From: Kondoa subrosea | Lineage: Eukaryota | Reading direction: 5' to 3' | DNA: 64,000 bases | Assembly: GCA_039545335.1 (NCBI GenBank) | Contig: BCIN01000004.1 | Location: 1,044,925 to 1,108,924, forward strand | Shown here: piece after piece, positions 61,179-64,000 of the stretch | Numbering within the stretch: the stretch's first letter is position 1 | Layout: each line of letters begins with the position of its first letter | Program-made: the position numbers and the translations under genes | The notes under the pieces: model-generated | What the model was told of the DNA's origin: nothing | The model's input: only the letters and a program-made list of their open reading frames with translations | Databases searched by the model: none

Positions 61179-62794
61179 TCATTCGAACTTTTTTATGTGA
61201 TTGAGGAAAGCCGCGGTGAGGGTTTTGTTCTGCACAGAAAGGGACATTACATAAGAAGAGTCAAATGATACTACGCAGCAAAGGGACTGACCCTAACATC
61301 GACCACTTTGAAGTTGTTTAGCTTGCCTGAAGTAGGAGGAATCTGCAAGAAATTGAACCAAGCTATCGAAAGTGTCAGTAACAAGCTGATGAGAGCCCAT
61401 CGCTGCATACTGATGGACTTCGTCAAAGGCATAGTTGTCTTAACACCGTTCAAGATTTGATTCAAATAGGCGAGCTTGTCTTCAATAGGAGCATCGTAAT
61501 GAAGACCAGTCTCAGAGATAACGTAAGGATGATCTTCATTTGCGAATTTCTTGTAGAAAGGTAGAATGTTTTGCTGGTACATAGAAATGTTGACCTTCAT
61601 CTACAACAAAGCATCAGCTACAGCAATCAAGTGAGTACGAATGCTCTTGCCTCGGGGTACCAATCCACTGCGAATATATTAGTCGTGACCCAATCTGACT
61701 GCTCGCACTGCACTCACTGGCAACGTAATCAACTGGATGTTGGATCAGCCTTAGTGCAGATGTTACAGTGGTTGACTTACCATAATGAGAGTTGGGCCAG
61801 TATCTGAGCAGATCAGTCATGTTTCTTGAAAAGTTTGGTCTGCAAGTACTGTCAAGGAAAGTTTCGACGACGATTATGTATGATGGAACTCACGACCAGA
61901 TCATCTTGACTGAAGGAGCAATCTTCTTGCATTCATTGGCAACTGTTCTGAACCCGAGCAAGAAGTCTTTACTGTCAATAATTCGGAGCGTTAGCAAAGT
62001 GCAGAAGATCCTGAGGAGATTTCAACCAACGCTTTTCCACTGCAATACCATGTTTCAGCATGGTTAGGTTCAATGAAGAGGAAACGAACGGGTAAGTTGG
62101 TTTTCCATCACCGTTATCGGCCGCATTGTTCTGGTAGTAATTGACTTCGTGACCGAATCCTAATCCGTACATCAGCCTCAGATATCCCAAGTACATTGAT
62201 ATACTAATACTCACTCATTCGAACTTCCTTGAAACCCATAGTAGTCAAATTGGCAAAGACTTTGCATACTGCAACCGCATTCGTATTGTTACCGGTATTT
62301 AAACCAGTCCAAGAAGTTTTAGGCATGACAGAGATTTCCAATATATCAGGAGCAGCAGCTAAGACGTCACCGAGGACACCATAGATTTGATCACCGGTGA
62401 AAGGTTTTGAGGAATCAACTTGAGCGTAACGACCATATGTTGCGAAACGTTTGCCAGTTCTAGTGCATGTCGTGAGAAGGATTTGCGCGTGATCAATTCG
62501 ACGGAAACTTACGCTAATGTCAAATCGCTCAAGTGTTGGCCGATACCTCCTCCGGAAGAGTCATCAGGTAGCTGTATAGTTTATCAATAAAGCCCCAAAT
62601 TAGCAATGGAAAACACAAACTAATCCAAACGGAACTCCATTCAGTGTCAATTGCTCAGTGCTGACTTGTACAGGAGGCCAGACAGTGTTGTCTTTGATTG
62701 CAGCGGCAGCGCGTCGATGCATGACTTGTCTGGATGATCCATGTGTAGCAGCTACGAAAGGAGCGACAATTGAGAGAAGGAGAAGAAAATGCAT
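61179..62794 (-). CDS. Secreted glycoside hydrolase family 26 (beta-mannanase-like)
   Basis: Signal peptide MHFLLLLSIVAPFVAA; ISVMP, spliced RMRFGHEVNYY (acid/base Glu), YWP, YVISETG (nucleophile Glu), WFN. Confidence 0.85.
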
Positions 62795-63886
62795 TCTGGG
62801 AAACTTTAAAAGGAATGTGGAAGGGCTAGGTTTAGCCAAAGTGGGATTGTTGTGGTTGAAGGAGAAAGGGAAAGAGAGAGGGAAATAGGAAAGCGTTAGT
62901 AAAGTTCGGCTGACTGTAGTCGCATGGTTCTCTGACACATGAATCAAGCTTCTGTCGACCTAGAAGAGAACATCGAGCAGAATCAGGAGAAATTCATGAG
63001 AACTGCTCTTAAACGAGAAGCCATGCTGAACAGAGAGCCGGAAGCTGCACACTGTACATCAGAACCTCGGTGATGACTGCGACAAACGAAGTCGTAAGGA
63101 GATTTTGGGAAAGAGACAAGGATGTCGAGAAGATTTAGATCGCGGCCAGCGTGTAAGCAGTAAGGACTTAAAGTAATGGAGCAGCTCGAAGGCTAAGGCC
63201 TGCAGGAGCAAGCGCCTTTGCCCGCAGATCGATGATCGCAACAAATCTGCCAAATCTGATTGGTTCACTGAAGCAGGAGCGAGAATGGTAGAGAGAGCAG
63301 ACTGCATGACTGATTTCACACTTATGAGAGGTGTATCTCTTGTCATTAGCGAAATCCTCCGAAAGGGAGTCGCCACTTGACATTCGAAGGAGCTCGAGCA
63401 GTGACTTGGAGTTTGGTACCGATCTCATACCGTTCGCTCTTTATACCAGTGCAGTCATGTTGAAGACATTGGCATCCACATCCTCGATAGTAGCCAAGCC
63501 AGTCTCCCGTAAGCCTCGCTAGGCATTCGCATCGAACAACTTTGAATTGATCGCTACCCCATTCAGGCCCTGCTGGAGCTCGCTTTCTGTCTACATCAAA
63601 GAGGAGATCTCGTATCATCACCAATCAGCCATTGAGAGCAAAGGAAGCACCAAGTTTTGCGGTACATTAACTTATCCTCGATGTCACAATGCCTGTTGGC
63701 TCAATCTGGTTTCATGTGTGGCAGGGCTCAATTGCTGGCAAATACCCCATCATCGATCATGAGGTGAGGCTTAAAGCCAATTACGGATTTTCCCTGCTGA
63801 TGTGAAGCATTTTCTCAGTACGATGCGATCGTAGTGTAGGCAATTCCCAGATGCAAATTCAGCAACGGACTGATCTGGATATCTGA

Positions 63887-64000
<114 letters not shown>

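Overview
Eukaryotic, intron-rich fungal DNA. It is gene-dense with many ~45-60 nt GT-AG introns, micro-exons and an apparent GC-AG intron; gene content (clp1, very large Rim15, beta-helix family) points to a basidiomycete, possibly Pucciniomycotina (inference). The ORF track fragments most genes, so models were re-spliced by eye and some ends are approximate. Genes identified: GT23/FUT8-like fucosyltransferase, ubiquitin-eL40, coatomer delta, PHS1, RIM15, a degenerate EEP/TDP2-like protein, two head-to-head SNG1/DUF3533 paralogs, a GTT3-like membrane protein, a CUE-like protein, an Sso-type syntaxin, EME1/MMS4, uL15m, an NmrA-like protein, a SAM methyltransferase, a beta-helix plus bulb-lectin fusion, Clp1, FAN1, ATP25/RsfS, ADA3/NGG1, a GH26 hydrolase and tRNA-Arg(TCT). 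Most notable: (i) a 5'-truncated RLE-type (CRE/Cnl1/MoTeR-like) non-LTR retrotransposon followed by a short tandem repeat array, a tRNA-like relic and an intact tRNA; (ii) two distant paralogs, 44 kb apart, of an unrecognised type I membrane protein family sharing ectodomain motifs and intron positions; (iii) an apparently catalytically dead EEP nuclease fold; (iv) a syntaxin with an extracytoplasmic tail. No database search could be run; family calls rest on recalled motifs.
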